Positions 9,801-18,068 are shown, counted from the first letter of the stretch. The stretch is DNA of 21,007 nt from Armatimonadia bacterium (GCA_039683575.1 JBDKRC010000228.1:1-21007); one strand, 5' to 3'. The notes: generated from the sequence alone by a model not told the origin. Numbers and translations are program-made.

Positions 9801-10456
9801 TGATGACGAAGAAGCTCCGGGAGAAGCTAGGCCCCGAGGCCGTCATATACACCGAGGAAAGCCCCATCGATGTGACGTCGCAGTACCAGGACGGGAGCTT
9901 CACCTACAATATCTCCAGCGTCTCGGACGCGTGGTCGCCGTCGCATGTGAACCTGTACCGGTTCGCCTTCCCGGACTTCAAGACCATCGAGATCATCACC
10001 TGTGACAAGCCGCTGGGGACGAACGTGGAGGCGGCCAAGCTCATCCTGTTCAACGGCGAGGCCATCTGGCTGGAGGGAAACGCGGACAAGTGGTTCAGCC
10101 CCTCCCTGCGCGAGCAGATTGCGCAGAACCGCCGGGTCATGCGTGAGAACCGCCAGTGCTTTGCGGGCAACTACCCGACGCCGCTGGTCCCGACGCTGCG
10201 CCGGGGGATCTACGCCAACCAGTTCAGCGAGCGGCCGGATCTGCTCGGCAAGACCTGCTGGACGGTCTACAACACGAACTACCGCACGGCGCGGGGGGAA
10301 CTACTGGCAGTAGACCACCAGCCGGGGTGTCAGTATCTGGACGAGATGACCGGCAAGCCGCTAAAGGCACGGATCGCGGGTGACAAGGCGTATCTGACGC
10401 TCGAAGTGGCACCGAGGGACGTGGTCGTGATCTCGCGGGGGCTGTACGTGAAGTAG
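6824..10456 (+). CDS. Large secreted multidomain protein: two tandem CBM-like beta domains plus C-terminal putative glycoside hydrolase barrel (DUF6259-like)
   Basis: Signal-peptide-like MTRMLTILALLGSCAALYA. Internal duplication (see findings). C-terminal YLHLFDWG...GDY...LGG...GLYLEG...GFYIDEYG...YTEE pattern. Start could be 6785 or 6818. Confidence 0.7.
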   Translation: MTRMLTILALLGSCAALYAQEAFRDDFDTVTAWEAKPEWLANDSPTASVTTQGGIARFGIAEPGKGMKWMRQLEDPLDLDLTPWLVIRYRATNFNPPADYLFWLNDAKPKDGVPFKAGERLPVDGQWHTVALDLWELKVLSPVTQLGVQCQATAAGQAAVEVDYIACMETPPADAEGLQQPTGAAQEWPVTMREAAQWTLQPTWIANHSESASLAAAPDGEGLLFRMPEGGCGAKWSRELATPVEGARWASLRYRARNLRTYGDYVIYIASSGGGKATEEQYVIQQGDLISDGEWHVALGRVTVPKIQTVAVQVQAARADASLQIAELKFLDRKPVMKLADTFDGVAGWPKDMKRWRVVSLPPANLSGTDLSRRLGAEGWIAEGQVTAFGVPFEVRKVDQALNMTPLKEPGEVAVPLGGKAAEAYLLMAAQFPTRDEPSYKESGLIRQVHRLVVRVEYADGSVDEQFPLSVNSGEHAVSRWLHTYAVALEPQKALKRLVLVDTMDRGAFGLAALTLSDKPGPASRATTAVAQALPRGDQPIESRAAGVRRVGDQLQVDAWSVSMTLDCSKGLRVSNLSNHSAIRLKTGFAPGPLFRVIGDGFEVTSEQFAVKSIADDQDGKRIELTCEAVKPAITVTVWVEVRDPREIGLRAEIGLNGQDPAKTRFIFPELKDLSFGGKEPEQWIWCPRRGDVITNQMLSLRENYGGAGNPLQIIGCFDASSRTGLYVMTQDQDAISRFYQVQKAQTGARLAVEYNPLHTKLLPRTVIGCLQGDWHEQLAHYREWADTWYKPAAPRKRWFREVFNFRQQFLSFDVPTKSGMFDMDTKTLRLKEVVDADAKAFGGVDYLHLFDWGWDPVHGRCGDYAPWDYLGGVDNFKQAVAEVQASGVPVGLYLEGVLVDPQSNLGKAHGAAWQMLDPQGKPYTYYAPSYHMCSNVPEWQEALSDTYRRVARETGAKGFYIDEYGFAHVGHWCYNPAHGHPVPMASSPGQLLMTKKLREKLGPEAVIYTEESPIDVTSQYQDGSFTYNISSVSDAWSPSHVNLYRFAFPDFKTIEIITCDKPLGTNVEAAKLILFNGEAIWLEGNADKWFSPSLREQIAQNRRVMRENRQCFAGNYPTPLVPTLRRGIYANQFSERPDLLGKTCWTVYNTNYRTARGELLAVDHQPGCQYLDEMTGKPLKARIAGDKAYLTLEVAPRDVVVISRGLYVK

Positions 10457-10491
10457 GCTTTGCTGCCATGGTGAAGGGCTGATCCGTAGCT

Positions 10492-10521
10492 TTGACAACA
10501 TCATCTCACGCCATGTATAAT
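10492..10521 (+). promoter_or_regulatory. Consensus sigma70 promoter of the pyrF operon
   Basis: Exact TTGACA (10492-10497), 18 nt, then TATAAT (10516-10521), about 95 nt upstream of pyrF. Confidence 0.85.
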
Positions 10522-10616
10522 CAGGGTCACAGCCGCGCCGGCGGAGTCTTCATCATCCGGGGCGGAGTATTGTTGCGCGTGCCACACAAACCTGCGGGAC
10601 CAAGAGGGCGAGTGTA

Positions 10617-11516
10617 ATGGCTGAAAACTTCGCTGATCGCCTGGCTGCCGCGATGCGGCAAAAGGACAGCCGCCTGTGTGTGGGGCTCGATCCCCGCCTG
10701 GACCTCCTGCCCGCCGATGATCTGCCCGAAGACCCCGAGGCCCGCGTCGAGGCTTTCTGCTGCAGCATCTGCGACGTTGTCGCCCCCTATGCCGTGGCCG
10801 TAAAACCGCAGTCAGCCTATTTCGAGGCCCTCGCTCCCGGCGGCCTCGCCTGCATGTGGCGCGTGATCCGCTACGCCAAGAGCCTCGGGCTCCTGGTCAT
10901 CGTTGACGCCAAACGCAACGACATCGGCTCCACCGCCACCGCGTACGCCGCCGCCTGTCTGGGCATGCATACCGGCACGACCGAGCCTATCGCAGACGCG
11001 GTCACCATCAACGCCTACCTGGGCTACGATGGTGTCGAACCCTTCATCAATCTCGCCCGTGACCATGGCACGGGCGCTTTTGTACTGGTCAAGACTTCCA
11101 ATCCCGGCTCGGGCCAGCTTCAGAACCTGACGCTGGAGAGCGGGCAGACGGTATATCAGCACGTTGCCGACCTCGTGGCCCAATGGGGCGGCGACCTGGT
11201 GGGCATCAGCGGCTATAGCTCCATCGGGGCGGTAGTCGGGGCCACATATCCCGAGCAACTCGCGGAGCTTCGCCAGCGCATTCCCACCGTGCCCTTCCTG
11301 GTACCTGGCTACGGCCACCAGGGCGCCACTGCCGCCGATGTCAGCGCGGCCTTTGACGATCGGGGCCTCGGAGCGATAGTGAACTCAGCGCGCGGCATTA
11401 TCTACGCTTTCCGCCGGGAGGGCGGCGACTTCGCGGAAGCCGCCGAGGCTGCCGCTGCCAAGTCGCGGCAGGAGTTGAATGAGGCCGTACAGGGCAGAAC
11501 GGAGGCCGGCAGTTGA
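10617..11516 (+). CDS. pyrF: Orotidine-5'-phosphate decarboxylase (subfamily 2)
   Basis: LCVGLDP, KPQSAYFE, DAKRNDIGST (DxKxxD), LVKTSNPGS, GAVVGAT, LVPGYGxQG, VNSARGI. Confidence 0.96.
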   Translation: MAENFADRLAAAMRQKDSRLCVGLDPRLDLLPADDLPEDPEARVEAFCCSICDVVAPYAVAVKPQSAYFEALAPGGLACMWRVIRYAKSLGLLVIVDAKRNDIGSTATAYAAACLGMHTGTTEPIADAVTINAYLGYDGVEPFINLARDHGTGAFVLVKTSNPGSGQLQNLTLESGQTVYQHVADLVAQWGGDLVGISGYSSIGAVVGATYPEQLAELRQRIPTVPFLVPGYGHQGATAADVSAAFDDRGLGAIVNSARGIIYAFRREGGDFAEAAEAAAAKSRQELNEAVQGRTEAGS

Positions 11517-12658
11517 CACTCAAGGGCAAAAGCCTCGTCTCGCTCTCGGACTTCAGCCATACGCAGATCATGCATCTGCTCGACCTGGCCGAAGCGATGG
11601 CGCGCGCCATCGGCTTTGATGACCCGGCGGACCGCACTCCCGCCGAGCCGCTTGACGCCATCGCCGCCACGCTCTTCTTCGAGCCCAGCACCCGCACCCG
11701 GCTCTCGTTCGAGTCCGCGATGCTCCGCCTCGGCGGCCAGACCCTCGGTTTCGCCGAAGCCAGTTCGAGTTCCGTCTCCAAGGGCGAGACCCTTGCTGAT
11801 ACCGTCCGCACCGTCAGCGCCTACTCAGACATCATCGTGATCCGCCACCCACTCGCCGGCTCGGCCCGCGTGGCCGCCGACTATGCCACGGTTCCAGTAA
11901 TCAACGCCGGTGACGGCGCCCGCGAGCACCCGACGCAGACGCTTACCGACCTGTTTACCATCCGCCGCGAACTCGGCACGCTGTCAGGCCTGAAGATCGG
12001 CCTCGCCGGCGATCTCAAGTATGGCCGCACGGTCCATTCGCTGGCTCCCATGATGGCCGGCCTCGGCTCCGACCTCGTCTGCATCTCCCCCGAGCAACTT
12101 CGCATGCCCGAGGAGGTCCTGGCCAAGGTCGGCGCCGCCGGCCGCCATGTCACCGAGCTTACTGACCTTGCCGAGGGCATCGCCGACCTGGACGTGCTCT
12201 ACATGACCCGCGTCCAGCGCGAGCGTTTCCCCTCTGACGAGGAGTACCAGGCAGTCAAGGGCTGCTGCATCCTGACGCCGGAGCTTCTGGCGCGCGCAAA
12301 GGAGGACATGCGAGTGCTGCATCCACTGCCGCGGGTTGACGAAATCACTCCCGGCGTGGATGTTGATAGGCGAGCCGCCTATTTCCGCCAGGCCGCCGGC
12401 GGCGTCCCGGTCCGCATGGCCCTTATCGCCACGCTACTCGGCCTGCCGTCCGCAGAGACCCGCCGCCCCGGCGCAGGCTTCGGCCGCACCGACAAGGCAG
12501 TCTGCGAAGAGGCAGCGCCAGCCGCCGCACCAACAATCAAAATGTCCGACCGCTGCCCGAACCCCAAGTGCATCACCAAGGCGGAGGGCTACCTGCAGCC
12601 CCAGTGTTACGAACAAGCAGGTGAGCGCTACTGCGCTTACTGTGAGATGGCTCTATAG
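11513..12658 (+). CDS. pyrB: Aspartate carbamoyltransferase catalytic subunit with C-terminal PyrI-like zinc-binding extension
   Basis: FFEPSTRTRLSFE, KGETLADT, INAGDG..EHPTQ.L.D, GDLKYGRTVHS, TRVQRERF, HPLPR. TTG start overlaps the pyrF stop (TTGA) behind GGAGG. Tail is CPNPKCIT...YCAYCE. Confidence 0.95.
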   Translation: MTLKGKSLVSLSDFSHTQIMHLLDLAEAMARAIGFDDPADRTPAEPLDAIAATLFFEPSTRTRLSFESAMLRLGGQTLGFAEASSSSVSKGETLADTVRTVSAYSDIIVIRHPLAGSARVAADYATVPVINAGDGAREHPTQTLTDLFTIRRELGTLSGLKIGLAGDLKYGRTVHSLAPMMAGLGSDLVCISPEQLRMPEEVLAKVGAAGRHVTELTDLAEGIADLDVLYMTRVQRERFPSDEEYQAVKGCCILTPELLARAKEDMRVLHPLPRVDEITPGVDVDRRAAYFRQAAGGVPVRMALIATLLGLPSAETRRPGAGFGRTDKAVCEEAAPAAAPTIKMSDRCPNPKCITKAEGYLQPQCYEQAGERYCAYCEMAL

Positions 12659-12677
12659 AGGCGGAGGAGGTGAGCCA

Positions 12678-13673
12678 GTGTACAATTCAGTACGAGTTCA
12701 GAACTTCCGCGGCCTCCGTGATGTGACGCTAGAGGGGCTGACGCGAGTCAACCTGGTCGTTGGCCAGAACGGCGTTGGCAAGACAGCTCTACTGGAGGCC
12801 GTGTTCCTGCTCGCCGGCCTGCAACTACCTGACCCTCTGCGAGCGATCGAGACCCGCCGAGGGCTCCGCGAACCGTTCAGGACGTGGTCTCTCGATGAGG
12901 GTTTGCTTGAGAGCCTGTTCTATGGGTTCAACATGGCTGACGAGGTAGAGGTACAAGGCAATGGTGACGTGTTCACCCTTGCCTCGACGCGCGAGCAGGG
13001 GCAGCTTGTACCCAGGCTGTCTTGGCACTTAGCCGACGGCAGGGGGTCGACCACAATCTATGATCGTGATGGCAACATTGGTGGCTTTCAATCCGACCCG
13101 CGAGCGTTGCCGTCGCACAGACCGGTCTTCTTGGGTACGCGTGCGTTGCCCGCGCTCAAAGATGAAGCAGATCAGTTCTCAACGATGGTACAGGAAGGCA
13201 AACGGCCTCAGGTCATAGACTCGCTACAGGTGATAGAGCCGAGGTTGCAGCGCCTCGAACTGCTCAAAATGGGAGAGCAGGTTGCAGTGCACGCGGACGT
13301 GGGGCTCGCCAGAATGGTTCCGCTCGGGCTGCTCGGGGAAGGGCTGCAACGCCTCAGTTCCTTCGTCCTTGCCACTGCCGAAGCGTCCGGATACATGCTC
13401 CTGGTTGATGAGATTGACACCGGCCTGCATTACAGCATCCTGACCGACATGTGGCGAGTCGTGTCAGCCGCCGCCAGTGAGTTCAACTACCAGCTCTTCG
13501 CCACCACCCACAGCTACGAGTGCATGACCGCCGCCTACGAAGCCTTCGCCGACAATCCTGAAGACTTCTCCATGCATCGGCTGGAACGTCGCGAGGACGG
13601 CAGCATCGTCAGCAAAGACTTCGGGCATGACATGTTAGGGGTCGCGCTCGAACGCGGCTTCGAGGTGCGCTGA
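12678..13673 (+). CDS. ABC-type AAA ATPase (AAA_15/AAA_21-like)
   Basis: VQNFRGL, Walker A GQNGVGKT, degenerate signature LGEG, Walker B/D-loop LLVDEIDTGLH, H-loop ATTHS. GTG start behind GGAGGAGG. Confidence 0.88.
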   Translation: MYNSVRVQNFRGLRDVTLEGLTRVNLVVGQNGVGKTALLEAVFLLAGLQLPDPLRAIETRRGLREPFRTWSLDEGLLESLFYGFNMADEVEVQGNGDVFTLASTREQGQLVPRLSWHLADGRGSTTIYDRDGNIGGFQSDPRALPSHRPVFLGTRALPALKDEADQFSTMVQEGKRPQVIDSLQVIEPRLQRLELLKMGEQVAVHADVGLARMVPLGLLGEGLQRLSSFVLATAEASGYMLLVDEIDTGLHYSILTDMWRVVSAAASEFNYQLFATTHSYECMTAAYEAFADNPEDFSMHRLERREDGSIVSKDFGHDMLGVALERGFEVR

Positions 13674-14302
13674 TGGCGCGTTGCGGCGATCTTGCGAAGC
13701 CATTCAGTGCAGAACACCCAAGAGTCCTCCTTGTAGAGGGAAATGATGAGTTCTACCTCCTCTTGGAGCTATTGGGGCAGCTTGAACTGAACGTCGACGT
13801 GCGCGTCTACGACGGAGTCTCGGAACTGGCTCCCACTCTCATGGCTTTGGGGACGGGAACCGCCAGGGGCTTCGACAGCGTCACCACCATGGGGGTGTGG
13901 CGAGACGCCGATATCGTCGCAGACGACGCGCTGCAGAGCGTTCAGAACGCCCTGCGGCTCGCGGGCTTCGCGGTGCCTAACGCCTCAGGGGGGTTCGCAG
14001 AGGGGCAGCCTCGCGTGGGTCTTCTCATCCTACCTGATGGCGCCGCTCCAGGGGCACTTGAGAATGTCTGTGTAGCGTCCGTTCGAGACCCCGCTGCTTT
14101 GCCTTGCATAGACGGCTACATCGAGTGCCTACAGCGAGCAGGGGTGCACTTGCACCCCAACCTGGACAAGACAAGAGTGCATGCCTTTCTCGCCTCGCGC
14201 GAAGAGCCGGGCCTAAAAATCGGCGAGGCCGCCAAAGCCAGACACTGGGACTTCTCGCATCCCGCCTGGCAACCGTTGATCGAATTCCTGAGAGCTATGT
14301 GA
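13673..14302 (+). CDS. DUF3226-like TOPRIM-type protein, partner of the ATPase
   Basis: LLVEGNDE, DAD, GALE.VC and K..VHAFLAS.EEPG motifs. TGATG overlap with the ATPase. Confidence 0.75.
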   Translation: MARCGDLAKPFSAEHPRVLLVEGNDEFYLLLELLGQLELNVDVRVYDGVSELAPTLMALGTGTARGFDSVTTMGVWRDADIVADDALQSVQNALRLAGFAVPNASGGFAEGQPRVGLLILPDGAAPGALENVCVASVRDPAALPCIDGYIECLQRAGVHLHPNLDKTRVHAFLASREEPGLKIGEAAKARHWDFSHPAWQPLIEFLRAM

Positions 14303-14328
14303 TTTCTGAAAATACATGGAGGACGTAA

Positions 14329-15579
14329 ATGGACCTTTCCGGCAAGTACTGCATCGAGACCCCCAAAGTCAAAAAGTGCGCCGTCGCTTATAGCGGTGGC
14401 CTTGACTCCGCGCTCGCGCTCAAGCTTCTGCCCGATTACTACGGTGTTGAGGAAGTCCTCGCCTGCACCGTCAACGTCGGCCTCAGCGACTACGAGATCG
14501 AGCTCTGCCGCTCCAAGGCCGAGCTTCTGAACGTGCCGTGGCACTACATCGACGCCGAGAAGGAGTTTGTAGACAAGTTCATCACCCGCGCGATCTATGC
14601 CAACTCCAACTACGAGGGCTACCCCGTCTCGACCTCGATGACCCGCCAGCTCATCGCCCGCAAGGTCGCTGAGTTCGCCGTCGCCAATGGCTGCGACAGC
14701 ATCTGCGAAGGCTCCACCGGCAAGGGCAACGACCAGTTCCGCATGCACAACGTATTCTCGCTGTTTGCCCCGGACGCCACCATCGTGGTCCCCGTGCGCG
14801 ACTTCGACTTCACCCGCCAGGACGAGATGAAGCTCTCCGAGCAGTACGGCATCCCCTACAAGGCCGGCATCGGCGATGACCTCACCATGTGGTGCCGCTC
14901 CATCGGCTCCGGCGAAGTCAGCAACCTCAAGATGGTCATCCCGCAGAGCGATTACCTGTGGTACAAGTTCCCCGAGAATGCCCCGGACAAGCCGCGCCGC
15001 ATGGAAATCGAGTTCACCAATGGCCTGCCGTCCCGCGTGGACGACAAGACCGATCTGGCCGAGATCATCCACTATCTCAACCAGGTCGCCGGCGAGAACT
15101 CCATCGGCAAGATCGACATGTTCGAGGACGGGGTCATCGGCCTGAAGTCGCGGGAAGTCTACGAGGCCCCCGCCGCCAAATTCATCCTCGCGATGCACAA
15201 GGACGCCGAGCAGCTCTGTTTGACCAAGGAACAGATCCAGTTCAAGCCCGAGATCGAGCGGCTGTGGGCCTACATGGTCTACCACGGTGGCTGGTATCAT
15301 CCCGTAACTGAGGACTGCGCAGCCTTCCTGGCGTCTTCACAATGGGCAGTCAACGCCAAATACGAGGTCGAGATCTACAAGGGCAACATCAACATCCTCA
15401 GCCGCGAGAGCGACAGCCGCCTCTTCCGCCCCGAGCTCCGCGCCATCGTCGAGCGCGAGAAGGAAGCTGGCGAGGTCCGGATCGAATGGGAGCAGCAGGA
15501 AAGCGGCCCGGCCGTCAAGATCGCCGGCTTCCAGTACCAGATCATCGGCCACCGCGGCATGCCGTACGCGAAGGATTAA
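14329..15579 (+). CDS. argG: Argininosuccinate synthase (divergent)
   Basis: AYSGGLDS PP-loop, TGKGNDQ.R, GLKSREVYEAP. GGAGG RBS. Lies near argH. Confidence 0.9.
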   Translation: MDLSGKYCIETPKVKKCAVAYSGGLDSALALKLLPDYYGVEEVLACTVNVGLSDYEIELCRSKAELLNVPWHYIDAEKEFVDKFITRAIYANSNYEGYPVSTSMTRQLIARKVAEFAVANGCDSICEGSTGKGNDQFRMHNVFSLFAPDATIVVPVRDFDFTRQDEMKLSEQYGIPYKAGIGDDLTMWCRSIGSGEVSNLKMVIPQSDYLWYKFPENAPDKPRRMEIEFTNGLPSRVDDKTDLAEIIHYLNQVAGENSIGKIDMFEDGVIGLKSREVYEAPAAKFILAMHKDAEQLCLTKEQIQFKPEIERLWAYMVYHGGWYHPVTEDCAAFLASSQWAVNAKYEVEIYKGNINILSRESDSRLFRPELRAIVEREKEAGEVRIEWEQQESGPAVKIAGFQYQIIGHRGMPYAKD

Positions 15580-15591
15580 CAACGCGCTTAC

Positions 15592-15630
15592 CAGCCCTGG
15601 CCGAGGGCCCACCGCACTCGGCCAGGGCTG
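15592..15630. other. 14-bp GC-rich hairpin after argG
   Basis: Perfect stem CAGCCCTGGCCGAG/CTCGGCCAGGGCTG with no U tract. Confidence 0.6.
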
Positions 15631-15671
15631 CCTGATACGATTCACATGATTGGCATGAGGGAGGCAGAGTT

Positions 15672-16196
15672 ATGGAAAAGGTGCTGGAGATTCTGAAGCT
15701 GGCCGTCGAGAAGGAGAGCATGCGCAAAGCGGCATACCTCGAGGCCGCGGCTAACACCACGAATCCGTTGGCCAAGGCAACCTTCGAGGAACTGGCCAAG
15801 GACGAGGACAAGCACGCGGTTTACCTCAAGGCCTACTACGACAAGCAGGTGGCCAATGAGGGCTGGCCGGCGCACGGTGAGATCGTCGAGGACGAAGACA
15901 GCATGGCTGTCGTCCAGCAGATCTTCAAGTATGCCAACCAGATGATCGACCAGGCCGGCGCCTGCAGCGAGGACCTCACCGAGGTCTACGAAGCCGCCCT
16001 CGCCGCCGAGAACGAGAGCATACACCTGTACACCGACGCCATCGCGCACACCGACGACCCCAACGCGAAGGCCTTCTTCGGCATGCTGGTGGAAGCCGAA
16101 AAGACACACGCGAAGGTCCTGACGGAGACCCAGGATTACCTCGACGACACCAGCAAGTGGTTCTTCGACGAGGAAATGTGGATCGTCGAAGGCTAA
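15672..16196 (+). CDS. Ferritin-like/rubrerythrin-family protein (no rubredoxin domain)
   Basis: Two E...Y...ExxH helix pairs (AVEKE..Y..DEDKH and LAAE..Y..AEKTH). GGAGG RBS. Confidence 0.85.
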   Translation: MEKVLEILKLAVEKESMRKAAYLEAAANTTNPLAKATFEELAKDEDKHAVYLKAYYDKQVANEGWPAHGEIVEDEDSMAVVQQIFKYANQMIDQAGACSEDLTEVYEAALAAENESIHLYTDAIAHTDDPNAKAFFGMLVEAEKTHAKVLTETQDYLDDTSKWFFDEEMWIVEG

Positions 16197-16224
16197 GCTC
16201 GCTCCAACTTCCGCTAACCAACCG

Positions 16225-16255
16225 CAAGCGCGGGCTAGCCTCTAGTCCGCGCTTG
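16225..16255. other. 14-bp hairpin upstream of argH
   Basis: CAAGCGCGGGCTAG-cct-CTAGTCCGCGCTTG with one G-U pair. Confidence 0.55.
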
Positions 16256-16286
16256 TCGTAACACCCCTAACCTCACGGTGCAAGAC

Positions 16287-17798
16287 ATGGCCAAGAAATC
16301 CGAAAAGCTCTGGGGCGGGCGCTTCTCCGCCGACCTCAGCGACATCGCCCTCACTTTCAGTGAATCCACCGCCGCCGACGGCCGCATGGTCCCCGAAGAC
16401 ATCTGGGGCAGCGAGGCCCACGCCATCATGCTCACCCGCTGCGGCATCATCAGCGAGGAAGACCTCCGCGAAATCCTCAAGTGGCTCGAAAAGGCCCGCG
16501 AGGCCTGGGAGGACGGCTCCTTCGAGCTCAAGCCCGAGCTTGAGGACGTCCACATGAACGTGGAGACCTACCTGCGCACCGGCGCCGGCCCCGAGTTCGG
16601 TGGCCGCCTGCACACCGCGCGCTCGCGCAATGACCAGGTCGTCACGGACTGCAAACTCCACCTCCGCGCCCGCCTGCTCGACATCCGCGACCGGCTCACC
16701 GCCCTGCAGGAGGCCCTCCTCGCCCGTGCCGACGGCCAGGAAAACACCGTCATGCCGGGCTATACCCACACCCAGCACGCCCAGCCGATCTCGCTGGCCT
16801 ACTGGCTCACGAGCTACGTGGCCATGTTCACTCGCGACCAGGAGCGCCTCGCCGCCGCCTACAAGCATACCAACCTCTCCCCCCTCGGCGCCGCCGCTCT
16901 CGCCGGCACCAGCTTCCCGACGGACCGCAAGCTCAGCGCCGAGCTACTCGGCTTTGACGGTGTGCAGGATCACTCGCTGGACTGCGTCGGCTCGCGCGAC
17001 TTCGCCGCCGAAGTCCTCGCGGCCCTCGCGATCCTCATGGCCAATCTCTCCAAGCTGGCCGAGGAGTTCGTCCTGTGGTCCACGTGGGAATACCGCATGC
17101 TCGAGATTGACGACGCCTACTCCTCGGGCAGTTCCATCATGCCGCAGAAGAAGAACCCCTGCATCGCCGAGCTGACCCGCGGCAAGGTCGGCATCATCTA
17201 CGGCCGCCTGATGCAGATGCTCACGCTCATGAAGGCCCTGCCGAGCGGCTATAACCGCGACCTGCAGGAGGACAAGCCCCCGCTGTGGGAGGCGCTCGAC
17301 ACCCTCGACCTCACCCTCACCGCCGTCAGGGCGATGGTGGACACCGTCACCTTCAATACCGAGCGCATGCGCCAGTCGGTCGGCCAGAACTTCGCGACCG
17401 CTACCGAACTTGCCAACTTCCTGGTCGCCGAGCGTGGCCTGCCCTTCCGCACCTGCCACGAAATCGTCGGCTCCCTCGTCGGCACGCTCATCAAAGAGGG
17501 CAAGACCCTCGACGACCACGAGCGCGTGCAGGAGATCCTGTCCGAGCACGGGCAGGACCTGACCATCGACGAGATCTTCAGCGTAGTAGACCCGCAGGCG
17601 TGCCTGAACCGTCAGGTGAGCCTCGGCAGCACCGGTCCGAAGGAAGTCAAGCGGATGTGCCGGGCGCTGACGAAGGCAGTGGCGAAGCAGAGCGAGGAAG
17701 CAGCCGCGGCGAGGGGCAAGATTGATACGGCGAGGAAACGGACCGGGGATATTGTGCAGAAGGTACTGTCGGGGAAGACGCTCAGCAAGCTGATGTGA
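16287..17798 (+). CDS. argH: Argininosuccinate lyase
   Basis: KLWGGRF, EDVH, LHTARSRNDQV.TD, MPGYTH.QHAQP, SSGSSIMPQKKNP signature, YNRDLQEDK. GTG 16278 is an alternative start. Confidence 0.97.
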   Translation: MAKKSEKLWGGRFSADLSDIALTFSESTAADGRMVPEDIWGSEAHAIMLTRCGIISEEDLREILKWLEKAREAWEDGSFELKPELEDVHMNVETYLRTGAGPEFGGRLHTARSRNDQVVTDCKLHLRARLLDIRDRLTALQEALLARADGQENTVMPGYTHTQHAQPISLAYWLTSYVAMFTRDQERLAAAYKHTNLSPLGAAALAGTSFPTDRKLSAELLGFDGVQDHSLDCVGSRDFAAEVLAALAILMANLSKLAEEFVLWSTWEYRMLEIDDAYSSGSSIMPQKKNPCIAELTRGKVGIIYGRLMQMLTLMKALPSGYNRDLQEDKPPLWEALDTLDLTLTAVRAMVDTVTFNTERMRQSVGQNFATATELANFLVAERGLPFRTCHEIVGSLVGTLIKEGKTLDDHERVQEILSEHGQDLTIDEIFSVVDPQACLNRQVSLGSTGPKEVKRMCRALTKAVAKQSEEAAAARGKIDTARKRTGDIVQKVLSGKTLSKLM

Positions 17799-17804
17799 GC
17801 GGCT

Positions 17805-18068
17805 CTACGTCGTCCACACCAGCTTGTACCTGTCGGGCTGTTCGATGATTGCCAACGTCAGGTCGACATCGAGTGCGGGCCAGTACAGATGATTGCCGTG
17901 AAGGAGTTCGACCTCGCCCAATTGGGCTTTGTTGAGACCACGGAACCAGGGGAATCTGCCAAACGGCAGGAAGTACTCAGTGCCGTCTATCCTTAACCAG
18001 AAGCCGTGCTTGGAAACGGCCGCGACTTCAGGCTTTGAAGTGTTCTTGCCAGGCTTTGATGATGTCAT
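17805..18068 (-). CDS. DUF2442-like protein (putative TA component)
   Basis: HGFWL....EYFLPF..FPWF...........L.WP.LDVDL pattern. Overlaps the upstream DUF4160-like gene. Confidence 0.8.
   Translation of the reverse strand: MTSSKPGKNTSKPEVAAVSKHGFWLRIDGTEYFLPFGRFPWFRGLNKAQLGEVELLHGNHLYWPALDVDLTLAIIEQPDRYKLVWTT

Noticed and set aside
10522-10616. PyrR-type attenuator in the pyrF leader
   Set aside because: No PyrR-binding loop consensus or U-tailed terminator is visible.
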